Position numbers and translations under genes: made by a program | Notes under the pieces: generated by a model | What the model was told of the DNA's origin: nothing | Seen by the model: only the letters and a program-made list of their open reading frames with translations | Database searches by the model: none | Shown here: positions 9,685-21,700 of the stretch, in pieces | How the letters are laid out: each line of letters starts with the position of its first letter | Numbering within the stretch: position 1 is the stretch's first letter | Assembly: GCA_963735595.1 (NCBI GenBank) | Contig: CAVTLK010000004.1 | Span: 480,001-544,000 of the forward strand | Reading direction: 5' to 3' | Length of the DNA: 64,000 nt | Source of the DNA: an uncultured delta proteobacterium | GTDB lineage: Bacteria > Desulfobacterota > Zymogenia > Zymogenales > Zymogenaceae

Positions 9685-11421
9685 ATGCTTTCCGAGAGAG
9701 CGACAAGACCGAAGGAAGACCTCCGACGGACGCTTACGAGGATAGACCGCAAGGGCTATAAGGCCTATGGCGATATCCGCGGCGTCTATGATTTCGGGTC
9801 ATATACTCTTTCGGTCGATCACGTCCAGGGAGACCCCTTTGCGTCACCCTCCCGATTGAGCCTTCAGGTGCCCCGCAGCGCATCCGGTTTTGGCGCCTCC
9901 CTCTTTTCCAATTCCATTCGAAAGACGGCTGCCGCGGACTTCCTGACCCGGCAATTCGATCGGGCCGTTACCCGGTGTGTCAGGGGGCGCCGGGGGATGG
10001 GAACCAGCGGGTTGGTAGCCGTTGAAGCGGGCGGCCAGGAAATCCTCCTCAGGAACTCATGCGTCATCGACGACCGGTTCCTGGAGATCCGATTTATCGT
10101 GGGACTTCCCGCCGCCGGCAGGAGCGTGTTGGCCCACGAGGCGATTGAAATCTTTTTTACCGAAATCCCGGCCGTTGCGGCCGAATCGCTGTTTGCCGAC
10201 CGTGTGGAAGGCGGGGCGTTCGCTCATCACGTCGATACGGTTGAAGACTACCATCATTTGCGGGCGTCTCTCCGCGATCTCGGCCTGGCGGCATTCGTGG
10301 CTGACGGATCGCTCCTGGCCAGGAACAGCGGTGTTGATGACCGGCCGCTGGCGAACGGCGGCATACCATTCGTGTCACCGCCGTCGCTTTCCGTCACAGT
10401 CACTCTTCCCCATCGGGGAAGGATCACCGGTATGGGGGTCCCCCGGGGAGTAACCCTTATCGTGGGAGGTGGCTTTCACGGCAAATCTACCCTGCTTTCG
10501 GCACTCGAACGGGCGGTCTACCCCCATGTTCCGGGGGACGGCAGGGAGCTGGTTGCTAGCGATCCCACCGCCGTCAGTATCCGCGCCGAGGACGGCAGGT
10601 ATATTCAGAAGGTAGATATCAGCCCGTTCATCACGAACCTTCCCCTTGGCAGGGATACCGCCAACTTCAGTTCTGAAAACGCGAGCGGCTCCACGTCACA
10701 GGCCGCCAGTATCATCGAGGCCCTTGAAGCCGGCTCAACGCTCCTGCTTATCGACGAGGATACCTCGGCCACCAACTTCATGATCCGGGACGAGCGAATG
10801 CAGCAGCTGATTACCAAAGATAAAGAGCCTATCACGCCCTTCGTGGATAAGGTCGGAAAGCTTTTCATCGATCACGGGGTTTCCACGATACTCGTCACGG
10901 GCGGAAGCGGGGACTATTTTGACGTAGCCGATACGGTAATCGCAATGGACACCTACCTCCCGCAGGACGTGAGCGACAGGGCAAAGGAGATCTCCGAGAG
11001 GCACCGCGCCTCGCGTAAAGACGAAGGGGGCGCGCGTTTCGGAGCCGTTACCAAACGCACGCCGGACCCCTCTTCGTTTGATCCGTCCCGCGGGAAGCGG
11101 GAGGTCAAGATCGACGCACGGGGACGAAACAGGATCGTCTATGGGACGCTCGAGATCGACCTTGACGGCCTGTCGCAGCTTGTCGATACGGGACAGACCC
11201 GGGCGGTCGGGACCGCCATCAACCGGTATGCGACCAGGTATGCCCCCGGCGGGTCCGGACTTATCGACGGATTGACCCAGGTGATGGACGACGTGGAAAA
11301 AAACGGGCTTGATATCCTCGTCCCCGGTAAAACGGGCAATCTGGCCTGTCCCCGTCTGTTCGAGACGGCGGCCGCCGTAAACAGGATGAGAACGTTGATT
11401 GTTCGGGAGAAGCGATCATGA
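9685..11421 (+). CDS. Predicted ABC-class ATPase (COG3044 type)
   Basis: DHVQGDPFASPS, GGGFHGKST, IRAEDGR, ASGSTSQAA, LLIDEDTSATNFM. Confidence 0.9.
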   Translation: MLSERATRPKEDLRRTLTRIDRKGYKAYGDIRGVYDFGSYTLSVDHVQGDPFASPSRLSLQVPRSASGFGASLFSNSIRKTAAADFLTRQFDRAVTRCVRGRRGMGTSGLVAVEAGGQEILLRNSCVIDDRFLEIRFIVGLPAAGRSVLAHEAIEIFFTEIPAVAAESLFADRVEGGAFAHHVDTVEDYHHLRASLRDLGLAAFVADGSLLARNSGVDDRPLANGGIPFVSPPSLSVTVTLPHRGRITGMGVPRGVTLIVGGGFHGKSTLLSALERAVYPHVPGDGRELVASDPTAVSIRAEDGRYIQKVDISPFITNLPLGRDTANFSSENASGSTSQAASIIEALEAGSTLLLIDEDTSATNFMIRDERMQQLITKDKEPITPFVDKVGKLFIDHGVSTILVTGGSGDYFDVADTVIAMDTYLPQDVSDRAKEISERHRASRKDEGGARFGAVTKRTPDPSSFDPSRGKREVKIDARGRNRIVYGTLEIDLDGLSQLVDTGQTRAVGTAINRYATRYAPGGSGLIDGLTQVMDDVEKNGLDILVPGKTGNLACPRLFETAAAVNRMRTLIVREKRS

Positions 11422-12296
11422 GCGACCGGGATACGAAATTCTTTGAAACTCTGGCGGAAAACCTCGAGAGCAGCATACGTTTTGTGGATGCGGAAAAGCG
11501 GATTCTTTATATCAATCCGTACGGCGAGCGGCTCCTCGGGCATTCGATGGCGGAAGTAGCCGGCAAGCAATGCGCCGATTTCTCCCCGAGGCACACCGAT
11601 GCAACGGGGGTCAGCCTGTGCGAAACAGAATGTTTGCTGGATTGGTCTCTGAAGAAGGGGAAGATCTACGAGGGCCGTAACTTCTTTCGGGACAAAAAGA
11701 GTAACACCTTTCCCGTCGAGATCAGGGTGCTGCCGGTCAGTAATTCGAAGGGCGACGTGATTGGGGTGGTTGAGATCATGCGGGACGACCGGCCCCGCCT
11801 TGAACTCGAAGAGCTCAGACGGGATATCCAGCGGATGATCCCGGTAGACCTTCTGACCGGCCTCTATACCCGCCACAAGATAATGGAGTATTTCGAGGTG
11901 AAGGTCGAAAACGCCGTGCGATACGGTTCACCCCTTGGGATATTGAACGTCACCGTATGCGAGCTGGATTCTATTAAGAAGGAGTTCGGCGGCAAAAAGG
12001 CCGAAGAGGTAATGCAGCGGGTAGGTTATCTGTTCAGGATGAACATGCGGCGGGGTGATATCAGCGGACGGTTGGGCCCCGGACAGATACTCATTCTTCT
12101 GCCGAATACCAAGGAAGAGGAAACCCGCGCCGCCTCGGAAAAGATGAAGCGGGTCATCGAGGAAGATTCAAACCTCGTCATTCCGAAAAGGGTGCGTATC
12201 GCGATCGGCACGGCCCAATACGTACAGGACGATACCGTTGCCACCCTCCTCGATCGGGCCCAAAAAGACATGCTTGCGGATCAAGGCAAGACGTAA
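11418..12296 (+). CDS. PAS plus degenerate GGDEF protein
   Basis: Cys-containing PAS; DLLTGL; active site reads RLGPGQI; RRGD I-site retained. Confidence 0.85.
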   Translation: MSDRDTKFFETLAENLESSIRFVDAEKRILYINPYGERLLGHSMAEVAGKQCADFSPRHTDATGVSLCETECLLDWSLKKGKIYEGRNFFRDKKSNTFPVEIRVLPVSNSKGDVIGVVEIMRDDRPRLELEELRRDIQRMIPVDLLTGLYTRHKIMEYFEVKVENAVRYGSPLGILNVTVCELDSIKKEFGGKKAEEVMQRVGYLFRMNMRRGDISGRLGPGQILILLPNTKEEETRAASEKMKRVIEEDSNLVIPKRVRIAIGTAQYVQDDTVATLLDRAQKDMLADQGKT

Positions 12297-12534
12297 CGCC
12301 CCCCGCGCCAAGGCGACAGTCGCGGCGGGTCTGTCCGTGTCGGCAATTGCCTGCGGCGAACGCGGGCCGAAGCCAAGCCTGCACGACCCCGTGTAATGCC
12401 CGGATGGCTGAAAACCGGCGATAAAGTACCGAGCCCGTTTCCGTTGGCGGAAACAAAGAGACAAAATCGTTGATTTTTTAGCGATACGATGGTATCAGTT
12501 TTAAGGAATCCCCCCATACCCACCCACGAAAAGG

Positions 12535-13599
12535 ATGGCACCCGTGAGTACAACCGGTATCGTCAAAGACCCTATCTACCTCGAACATAAGCCCGGCTAT
12601 CTCCACTGGGAGAGCCCACAGCGGCTGGAAGTCCTCTATGAGATGCTTGCGGAAGAGGGCATAGCCGGCACATTTGAGGCGATCCAGCCCCGGAAGGCAA
12701 CGCGGGAAGAGATTGAGCTTATCCACGATCATAGATATTACGGCTACGTTGCTTCAACCGCCGGGAAATCCCATTTCTCCCTCGATTCCGACACGCAGAC
12801 CTCCGAACTCTCTTTCGAGGCGGCGCTGTTTGCCGCCGGCGGCCTGCTGGTCGGCCTTGACAAGATCATGGGAGGCGAGCTCAATAACGTCTTCGGGCTT
12901 GTGCGCCCCCCCGGCCACCATGCGGAGGCGGGCCAGGGGATGGGCTTTTGCCTCTTTAACAACGCGGCGATTGCCGCCGCCTATGCGATCAAACACTATA
13001 AGCTCTCGCGGGTTCTTATTATCGACTGGGACCTCCATCACGGCAACGGTACCCAGCATTCGTTCTATCGTGACCGGCGGGTCCTCTACTTTTCCACCCA
13101 TCAGTATCCCTACTATCCGGGGACGGGCGCCTTCGGCGAGGTGGGCGAGGGAGAGGGGAAGGGATTCACCGTCAATATCCCTTTGTCCATGGGTCACGGT
13201 GATGCGGAGTACTACAAGATTTTCAAGAAAGTGCTTCTCCCTATTGCCCTTGAGTATAAGCCCGAGATGGTGATAGTCTCGGCGGGATTTGATACCTACT
13301 TCAAAGATCCGCTCGGGGGGATGGAGGTGACGTCGGCGGGGTACGCAACAATGACCCAGGTGATCCTGGATATCGCCGAGGCGTGTTCGGACGGAAAGCT
13401 CCTCATTACCCTGGAGGGGGGCTATAACCTTGGCGGGCTCAGGGATGGGGCCAGAAGCGTCATTAAACAGCTATCGGGCCAAGACGCCGCCGACGAGGAA
13501 CTCCTCGGAAGAGACCTGGACGGCATCGGCAGGACCGCCGACAATACCATAACCAGGGCGGTTGGAATCCAGAAGGAATACTGGAAATGCTTCGGGTAA
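12535..13599 (+). CDS. Zn-dependent histone deacetylase family protein
   Basis: RPPGHHA, GFCLFNN, IDWDLHHGNGTQ, SAGFD...DPLG, LEGGY. Confidence 0.95.
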   Translation: MAPVSTTGIVKDPIYLEHKPGYLHWESPQRLEVLYEMLAEEGIAGTFEAIQPRKATREEIELIHDHRYYGYVASTAGKSHFSLDSDTQTSELSFEAALFAAGGLLVGLDKIMGGELNNVFGLVRPPGHHAEAGQGMGFCLFNNAAIAAAYAIKHYKLSRVLIIDWDLHHGNGTQHSFYRDRRVLYFSTHQYPYYPGTGAFGEVGEGEGKGFTVNIPLSMGHGDAEYYKIFKKVLLPIALEYKPEMVIVSAGFDTYFKDPLGGMEVTSAGYATMTQVILDIAEACSDGKLLITLEGGYNLGGLRDGARSVIKQLSGQDAADEELLGRDLDGIGRTADNTITRAVGIQKEYWKCFG

Positions 13600-13801
13600 C
13601 ACCGGGGCGTTCCCGTTTCCATATAACGCAGTTGCGGCTTTTTCCACGCACGGCAAAGCGACAATGATCGCCTCCCCCGGCCGGGATCTTGTTCCGGATC
13701 TCCGTGTCGCGTAAAGCCGTCCACGACCGACGGTGCCGCCGGCCGTTCGCCCACCAACGTGCGGCGAAGCCATAAATACACAACCCTTCCGGAGGAGCGC
13801 G

Positions 13802-15599
13802 ATGACCCACCACAATACCCTTAGTTCCGTCTTTACCCGAAATGCAGAACAACTCTCCGGCGACGTCATCATCAAATACAAGAAATCCAAGGGGGCGCCC
13901 TATTCCGACCTTACCTGGGGCGAGCTTTTCGGCCGCGCCGAAGCGGCGGCAATCAGGGCTCATTGCCGCGGGCCTGAAGCCGGGCGACCGGCTTGCCATT
14001 CTCTCGGCAAACCGCATCGAATGGATCATCGCCGATCTGGCGACGCTGCTCGCCGGCGGCGTTGACGTCCCCATCTATCATACCGGCACCGCCGAGCAAT
14101 GCGCCTACGTCCTTTCCGATTCCGGGTGCCGCTTTGTGGTCGTGGAGGACCCCGGCCAGCTTGCAAAGGTTGTCGAGAAGAGATCGGAGCTGAAAAAGCT
14201 TGAACGTATTTTCATTATCGAGGGCGCGGCGCCCCAAAAGGACGCGGCCGTCACGCCGTTTGCGCGGCTCGAGGAGACCGGACGGGCGCAAAAAAAAGCC
14301 CTCGGCGACCAGCTCACAAAAAGGATACAGGCGGTCAAGCCCGACGACCCGGCCACTATTGTCTATACCTCTGGCACTACGGGCCCGCCCAAGGGGTGCG
14401 TCCTCTCCCACCGGAATGCTATTTTCGTCCTTAACTCCATCAAAGACATTATCCATATCGACGGGCGGTCAAACCTTTCGCTCATGATATTACCGATTTC
14501 GCACTTCTACCCGAGGGTCTCGGGATATTACTATAATCTCTTCAACAATATCCCCTTTGCCATCGCGGAATCGCTCGATACCCTGGCGGCCAACATGCTG
14601 GAGGTGCACCCAACCTATTTCACGAGCGTCCCCCGTATCTTCGAGAAGGTCTACGCACGGATCACGGCGTCGGCGTCGGCGGGATCGGCTGTCAAGCGCC
14701 TCCTGTTTAGATGGGCGGTATCGGTCGGCAGGCGGCGGAGCCGGCTTCTCAACGGTCATAAGCCGTTACCGATGACGCTCAGGCTCGCGTTTGCCGTGGC
14801 CGACGCCCTGGTCTTCAAGAAGATACGCGCCGCCCTGGGCGGCAGGCTCACCTTTGCCCTGTCGGCGGGAGCGCCCCTCTCGGCCGAGGTCGGCGAGTTC
14901 ATCCACAGCGTCGGTATACAGGTGCTCGAGTTTTACGGACTGACCGAGACTGTCGGCGGCACGATGACGACCTTTGACGCGTGCAGGTACGGCACTGTCG
15001 GCAGGTCGATGCCCGGCTTTGAGGTGAAGATCGCCCCTGACGGCGAGATCCTCATACGGGGCAATAACTTCCTTGGCTACCACAACAGGCCGGACCTGAC
15101 GGCACAGGCCATCAAGGAGGGATGGTGCTATACCGGAGATATCGGCAAATGGGACGAAGACGGCTACCTCGTGATCACCGACCGGAAGAAAGACCTCATC
15201 ATTACCTCGGGCGGCAAGAACATCTCTCCGGCTAATATCGAAAACCTCCTCAAACAGATCCCGCTGGTATCTCTGCCGATGGTCTACGGAGACAACAAGA
15301 ACTATCTGACGGCTATCGTGACCCTTGATCGGGGAGAGGCCGAGGCCTACGCCCGACAGCACGGCATATCGTTTTCAAGTTTTGAAGAGCTGACAAAACA
15401 CCCGAAGATCGTTGAGGTAATCACCGGCGGAATAGACACGGTAAACGGGAAGCTCGCGAAGTTCGAGACGATCAAGAAATTCGCGATACTGCCCCGTGAA
15501 TTTTCCCAGGAGGAGGGCGAGATTACGCCGACGCTCAAGGTAAAACGGAGGGTAATCACCGACCGTTACCGTGAACTCCTCGAATCCCTTTACGTGTAG
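13802..15599 (+). CDS. Long-chain fatty acid-CoA ligase (frameshift at ~13951)
   Basis: MTHHNTL...EAAA frame joins the SGLIAAGLKPGD frame; YTSGTTGPPKG, YGLTET, TGDIG, ITPTLKVKR. Confidence 0.88.
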
Positions 15600-15604
15600 C
15601 AGCG

Positions 15605-18600
15605 ATGGCGTACCTGGTTACCGGTTCATCGTTTACGCACCTGGAGGGCCGTCTCCAAGGCGAGATCGCCGCGGCAAAACGGGAGGACCCGTTTCTCCCG
15701 GTGGCCGTTATCGTCCCCACCCGCGCCCTCAAACGCCGCCTCCAATCGATCCTCGCGAGTGAGGGTTGCCGGGTAAACATCCACTTCTTTACCTTTTTTG
15801 AGCTGTCGCTATGGCTGTTGAAAGCCGCCGGGCGGGAAGTTCGGCCGACCGTACCGGAGCCGGTCACGTTGCTGCTGCTCAAACAGGTCATCGAATCCGG
15901 CCTGCCCCAAAACGAGCACACGGCCTACTTCCTTTCGTATAACAACTCCCTCAAGCGGCTTCTTGGTCTCTTTTCCCGTTTCACCTCTTATCGGGTTACA
16001 CCGCCGGCTGATCCCGTCGGGATCGAGAAGACCGTCTTCGCCATCTATCGCTCGTTTTGTGATAGAAAGCGCGAGCTGGGAATACGGGACGCCGATGACC
16101 TGATCGACGAGGCGGCGCGCCTGCTTTCAGCCGATATTCCCCCCGATGTGCCGAAAGGCGTTTTCCTCTACGGATTTTACGATCTCAACCCGGTCCAGGC
16201 CGATATTGTCCGGTCTCTCGATGCGCGAAGCGACCTCACGATCCTTGCCGCCGGGGGATTTTCGGCCGGGGCCGAGGAGTTTTTCGAAAGGACGGCTCAG
16301 TTATATCGGGAACTGTCCGGGTCTGCGGCCGGTCCCCTTAAGGCGGTTGAGGCCGAAAGCGATTCGCTCGTTATCTCTATCGCCCGGGAGCTCTTTTCAG
16401 CCCCCGGAACGGCCCGCCGCGAGGCGGGCGGAAGCATCGAGCTGGCAACCGCCTCGGGCGTCAGGGGAGAGGCCCGCGCGGTGGCGCTTTCCATTATCGG
16501 CCTGATGGAAAAAGACCCATCCCTCGGGTGGCGCGACATCGCCGTGACCATGAGGGAGCGCGCCAATTATACCGGCGCGCTGGCGGATGTCTTTGCCGAC
16601 TATTCACTACCGGCCGTCTTTGACGGCGGACGTCCCCTCTCGTCAATACCTGAGGTCGGCTACTTCCTGGTGCTCATAGCCGCTCTCCGGCGAGGGCTTG
16701 TCCGGGACGATGTCCTGTTCCTCTTATCATCGGCCCTGTTTGCCTGGCCGGGCCTCGCGGCCGACGACGAGCCCCGGGTTCGGGACAGCGCGTACCTGCT
16801 GGCCGAATTCGCCGGGTTCTATCGGGTTATCTCGGGCGTGCGGGAGTGGGAAAACGCTTTCAGCAAGCACCGGGACCGCACCGCGGATAGTGGTTCGGCC
16901 GAAGATGAGCCGGGCGGTCCGGCCGCCGACGACCCGCCTCAATCGACGAACCGATATATCCAGACCGTGCAGCCGATCGTCGGTGGATTTCTCTCGGCGC
17001 TCGCCGAAATCCCCGCAGAGGCGCCGCCTGTCGAATACCGGGATCGCCTAACCTCGCTCATCGATACCTATATCCGCCCGACTCATGAGGAATCTCCGGG
17101 CATCGGGTACCTGAAGGAAATCCTGGAGACGCTGACGGCCGTATCATTGATCCGGCCCCGCATTACGCGGGATGATTGCCTGGTTATCATTGAGGACGCG
17201 ATCTCCCAGTCAAACGCGCCGTCCCCCGACGATATCGACGGGGTCTTCGTCTCCGACGTCATGGGCGCGCGTTTGCTCCCCCGAAAAGTCATCTTTCTGA
17301 TGGGGATGAACGAAAAGGTTTTTCCGCACGTTGCGGGCCGCGACCCGTTTCTCACGGACGAGACCGGCGCGGCTATGGGGCTTCGCACGGCCTCTTCGCG
17401 CCTCATGGAGGACCGCACCCTCTTTGCTCTGACGGTCGCCTGTGCGCGGGACCTGATCGTCGTATCCCGTCAGCGCAGCGACGACGCGGGAAGGACCGTC
17501 TCTCCCTCGCCGTTTCTGGAAGAACTCATCTCGCGGATAACAATCGGAGGAGATGAGGTCTCTCTAACGGGCGGAGCGGCCGGCCGCGACTACCCCCGTA
17601 TTACGGCGACCGATCGGGAGCTCTCGCGCCACCGCGAGCAGGACACCCGCGCCTTCCTTTGCCTCGGATGGCCCAACGAGGCGGACCTTAGCGCCGTGCG
17701 CGGCGTCGTTTCCGATACGCCGTTTCTCACGGGCGGCCTCACGGCTATTGACGAGCGGGCGTCCAACAGGCCCTTCTCGAAGTACGACGGCCTGATCGGC
17801 GGCGTGGACGGCCTCGTTGATATGATCGCGCCGCTGTCGGCGCAGAAGCTGGAGACCTACGCCGCCTGCCCGTTTGACTTCTTCATGCGATACATACTTT
17901 CGGTCGGGGAGTACGAGGCGGTCGAAGAAGAGCTGGACGTGGAGCCCCGTGAACTGGGCAACATCTACCATCGGGTCCTCTCCCGGCTGTTTCCGCTTCT
18001 CGTGGAGAAGGGGCTCTTGAGGGCCGCGGCCGATCCCGAAGTCGTCGGTCGGCTGGTTGACGCCCAGGTTACCAAAGAGACGTCGGGCAGGCTTTCGGGA
18101 CGCATCCCCGCGCTGATCCTCAGGGCGCGGGGATACCATACCGCCCGGATCGTGGACAGGCTCATTGAGCGGGAGCGGAATAGTAGCATATCGGGATTCG
18201 TTCCTGCCCGCTATGAGGTAACATTCGGTCCCCGAAGAGACGGGGTGATCGAACACCCGGCGCTTACTCTCTCGATCGGTCCGCGCGATATAGACTGCGT
18301 CGGCAGGATCGACCGGATCGACATCAACGAGTCCGCGGCGGCCTTTTCGGTCATCGACTACAAGCGGAAGAAGGGGTCGGGGGCGCGCAGGCTTAAGACC
18401 GAGATCATGGCCGGTCGCCATTTTCAGCTGCCGATCTACCTGTTGGCGGCCGAACGCCTTATATCCAATGGGCACTATCGGCCGGGGGAAGGCGCACTCG
18501 TCTATCTGGAGGCCGAGGACGGGGCCGATCATCGCGAGACTATCTCGGGGGAGGAATTTGCGCAAACCCGTGATACCGTCATGGAGAGAATCGGCGCGTT

Positions 18601-18775
18601 GATAGACGCGATCGCGGCGGGGGAGTTCACACCCGGGAAAGGTGCATCGTGCCGGTTCTGTGCGCACGGGGACCTCTGCCGCAGTGAGAGCACGTCAGTC
18701 GACGCCGCCAGGCGGCAGAAGACGGCCGACGGCAGTAACGCCCCCGGGGAGGATGACGATTCCGATGAGCCATAA
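15605..18775 (+). CDS. addB: AddB-like helicase/nuclease subunit B with Fe-S staple
   Basis: Inactive helicase-like N-terminus; YAACPF..F, GRIDRID...IDYK, CRFC...LCR. Confidence 0.85.
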   Translation: MAYLVTGSSFTHLEGRLQGEIAAAKREDPFLPVAVIVPTRALKRRLQSILASEGCRVNIHFFTFFELSLWLLKAAGREVRPTVPEPVTLLLLKQVIESGLPQNEHTAYFLSYNNSLKRLLGLFSRFTSYRVTPPADPVGIEKTVFAIYRSFCDRKRELGIRDADDLIDEAARLLSADIPPDVPKGVFLYGFYDLNPVQADIVRSLDARSDLTILAAGGFSAGAEEFFERTAQLYRELSGSAAGPLKAVEAESDSLVISIARELFSAPGTARREAGGSIELATASGVRGEARAVALSIIGLMEKDPSLGWRDIAVTMRERANYTGALADVFADYSLPAVFDGGRPLSSIPEVGYFLVLIAALRRGLVRDDVLFLLSSALFAWPGLAADDEPRVRDSAYLLAEFAGFYRVISGVREWENAFSKHRDRTADSGSAEDEPGGPAADDPPQSTNRYIQTVQPIVGGFLSALAEIPAEAPPVEYRDRLTSLIDTYIRPTHEESPGIGYLKEILETLTAVSLIRPRITRDDCLVIIEDAISQSNAPSPDDIDGVFVSDVMGARLLPRKVIFLMGMNEKVFPHVAGRDPFLTDETGAAMGLRTASSRLMEDRTLFALTVACARDLIVVSRQRSDDAGRTVSPSPFLEELISRITIGGDEVSLTGGAAGRDYPRITATDRELSRHREQDTRAFLCLGWPNEADLSAVRGVVSDTPFLTGGLTAIDERASNRPFSKYDGLIGGVDGLVDMIAPLSAQKLETYAACPFDFFMRYILSVGEYEAVEEELDVEPRELGNIYHRVLSRLFPLLVEKGLLRAAADPEVVGRLVDAQVTKETSGRLSGRIPALILRARGYHTARIVDRLIERERNSSISGFVPARYEVTFGPRRDGVIEHPALTLSIGPRDIDCVGRIDRIDINESAAAFSVIDYKRKKGSGARRLKTEIMAGRHFQLPIYLLAAERLISNGHYRPGEGALVYLEAEDGADHRETISGEEFAQTRDTVMERIGALIDAIAAGEFTPGKGASCRFCAHGDLCRSESTSVDAARRQKTADGSNAPGEDDDSDEP

Positions 18776-21700
18776 GGACGAGAAGCAGCCCTTCGGGCTG
18801 GCCGGGGGGGTAAATACGGCGGTCATCGCCGGGGCGGGCACGGGCAAGACCACCCGGCTGATCGGGGAGATCATCGCCTTGATCGAGCGCCGCGGCGTGC
18901 CCATCGAGCGGGTCCTGGCCGTTACCTTCTCCGAGTCGGCCGCCGCCGATATGAAGGAAAAACTAAGGGACAAGCTCTTTGAGAGTTTTACCGAGACCGG
19001 CGATCATCGGTTCCTGACGGCCGTTTCTTCGCTTCCCCGGGCACAGATCAGCACGATACACTCGCTGGCCCGCAGGATACTGGTGGAAAATCCCTTCGAG
19101 GCGGGGATCGACCCCGAATTCACCATCCAGGAAGAGTCATCGGATGTCCTGCTGACCGACGAGATCTGGCGGCTGTGGGCAAAACAGGTATTCTGGGGCG
19201 GAACCGAATTTGACGATGACCTGATGATGCTCCTTGGCCACATGAGCGTCGAGGGTCTCAAGAAGGCCGCCCTGACCCTGGCCTCCCGCCCCGACCGCCT
19301 CGAAAACTATGGATCGCTCAGGATCGATCCCGGGGTCGAGAAGGAGCGTGTCGAACAAAAACTCCGCGAGCTTTCGGAAACGCTTTCGGGGATCGACCCT
19401 TCCGCCGACGACGGGGACCCCCTGTATAAGAGATTGCTCCGCGTCAGGGAGATACTCGCGCTCCGTGATCTCACGGCGATTTGCGAAGCGCTCAAACAAA
19501 CGTCCTTCAGGAGATCGGGCGGAACACCGAAGAGATGGCGCGATCCCGGGCAGTTTGAGACCGTGAAACGGCTCATCGACGGGCCGGGCGGCGCGATCGA
19601 TACCCTCAAGGAGGCGGAGACCTTTCCCCGGGCGCTCGAACAGGATGCGGTTGTCCAAACCGCGATCCGCGTGATCTCCAATTTTGTCGATTTCTTCCGG
19701 GCCGAAAAGCGGCGGCGCGGCATACTCTCGTTCTTCGACCTGATCTGGGAAGCAAAGCTGCTCCTCGAACGGGACCGTTCCATCCGGAGGCGGTACCAGA
19801 ATGAATTCGACTATGTACTCGTGGACGAGTTTCAGGATATCGACCCGATCCTCGGAGACATCGTCCTTCTCCTTGCCGAAGACGGCGCGGTATCCCGGCG
19901 GCCGCACGAGGTCCGGCTGAAGCCGGGAAAGCTCTTTATTGTCGGGGACCCAAAGCAATCGATCTACCGCTTTCGGGAGGCCGATATCGGGGTCTTCTTT
20001 TCGGTTATGAGAAGGATCGAGGAATCGGGAGGACGGATCGACCGGCTCGGGCACAACTACCGGAGCCAGCGGCACCTCATCGCCTTCCAGAACGCCTTTT
20101 TTGACGACTATATACGCCACATGGACGATCCCTATACCATCCGGTACGACGCGCTTGACGCGATCGTTTCGGACGCCGCCGCGGCCGACCGCGCTCCCGC
20201 CGTCCGGATTGTCGATTCTGATCCCGGTTGCGTAATGTCGGCCGAGGAGGTCCGGCGGGCGGAGGCTGATTTCATCGCCCGGGAGATATGGGAGATGGTT
20301 GAGGAAAGGGTGGAGGGCAGGGTTATCCGAAGCAGCCGGGGCGGCGCCCCCGGGCAATACCGGGATATCGAGTACCGGGATATCGCCGTCCTGTTCCGGT
20401 CGCTGGGGGTATCTTCCTTCTACGAGGAGGCGTTCAAACGGTCAGGTATCCCCTATTTCGTCGTAGGGGGCAGAGGGTACTTCCAGCGCCAGGAGATCTA
20501 CGACATTGCCAATATCCTCAGGGCGGTCTTCAAACCCGCCGACCGTCGGTCGCTCGTCGGCGCATTGAGGAGCCCCGCCTTCGGTATCGACGACCTGACC
20601 CTCTATGAGGCCGCCCGGGGCGGAGCGCTGTCCTACCTGGCCGAAGGGAAGGAGGGTCCGGCGGGTGAGGCATTAGCGGCACTGAGGCGCCTTCACGCCT
20701 CGGCCTTTCGGCTGAGCCTTTCCGAGCTCCTCACGGAGATCTATCGGTCCATCCCGATCGTCGAGGTGAACGCCTTCGGTCCCGGGGGGGCGCAGCGGGT
20801 CGGCAATCTCATGAAGATCCAGGAGACCGCCCGCGCCCTCGAATCGAAGGGGCCGCTGACGCTGCCGGCCTTCCTGAAGCTGCTCACGGCGCTCTCCCTC
20901 GAGCGCGAGGACGAGGCGGAGGCCGTGGTGACGGAGGAGGGGAAAAACGCCGTGCGCATCATGACGATCCACGCCGCCAAGGGGCTCGAGTTCCCGGTCG
21001 TGTTCGTCGTCGACCTGGGCAGGGAAAAGAGGCAGTGGGACCGGGAGGGAGTATTCGTCGACCGGTCGGGTTCTGCCGTCTCGGGCGCCCGGCTGGGCCC
21101 CGCGGCCGATTTCGGCTACGCCGCGATCCGCGCCCGCGAGGACCGGAGGTTCGCGGCCGAGGAACGGAGGCTCCTCTATGTCGCCGCGACCCGGGCGCGG
21201 GACCGTCTGATACTGGTCGGCTCCGGGAAGGAAAAGACCGGCCACCAACGTGCGCTGTTGGAGTTCGCGGCTTCCCCCGTTAACGGTGATCGGCCGCCGG
21301 TGACTCCGGGGGGAATCGACCATACGGGGGATGGGAAATACTCGGTCGTGAAACGGCCGGCTCATATCAGTGGCCTCTTCTCGGGTCCTGCAGACCCAAC
21401 CCCCCTTGAGCAGGCCCGCAAGGCAGAGGCCGGTCGGAGCGCCGAGTACGAACGGGCGGTCAACCGAAAGTTCTTCGGCTCTGTCACCGGGGGAAAAGAC
21501 CAACAGCCGCAGACGGTAGGCCCGGCCGTTGCCTCCGATCCCGAGGGGATCGGCAGGCTCGTCGGCACGCTCGTCCACGAGGTGCTGTCTGTCGTCGACC
21601 TCCAGGGCGGCGGCCTTCCCGTCGGGCTCATCGAGCGCGCGGCGGCCGGAATGGGCCTTGCCGCCGATGTTGCCGAGTCAGTCATTGGCGAGGCGAGGCC

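Noticed and set aside
17564..21578. Long antisense ORFs (17564..18667, 19137..20357, 20673..21578; likewise 40340..41500, 50464..51498, 56886..58217)
   Set aside because: Shadow ORFs expected opposite GC3-rich genes; no recognisable motifs.
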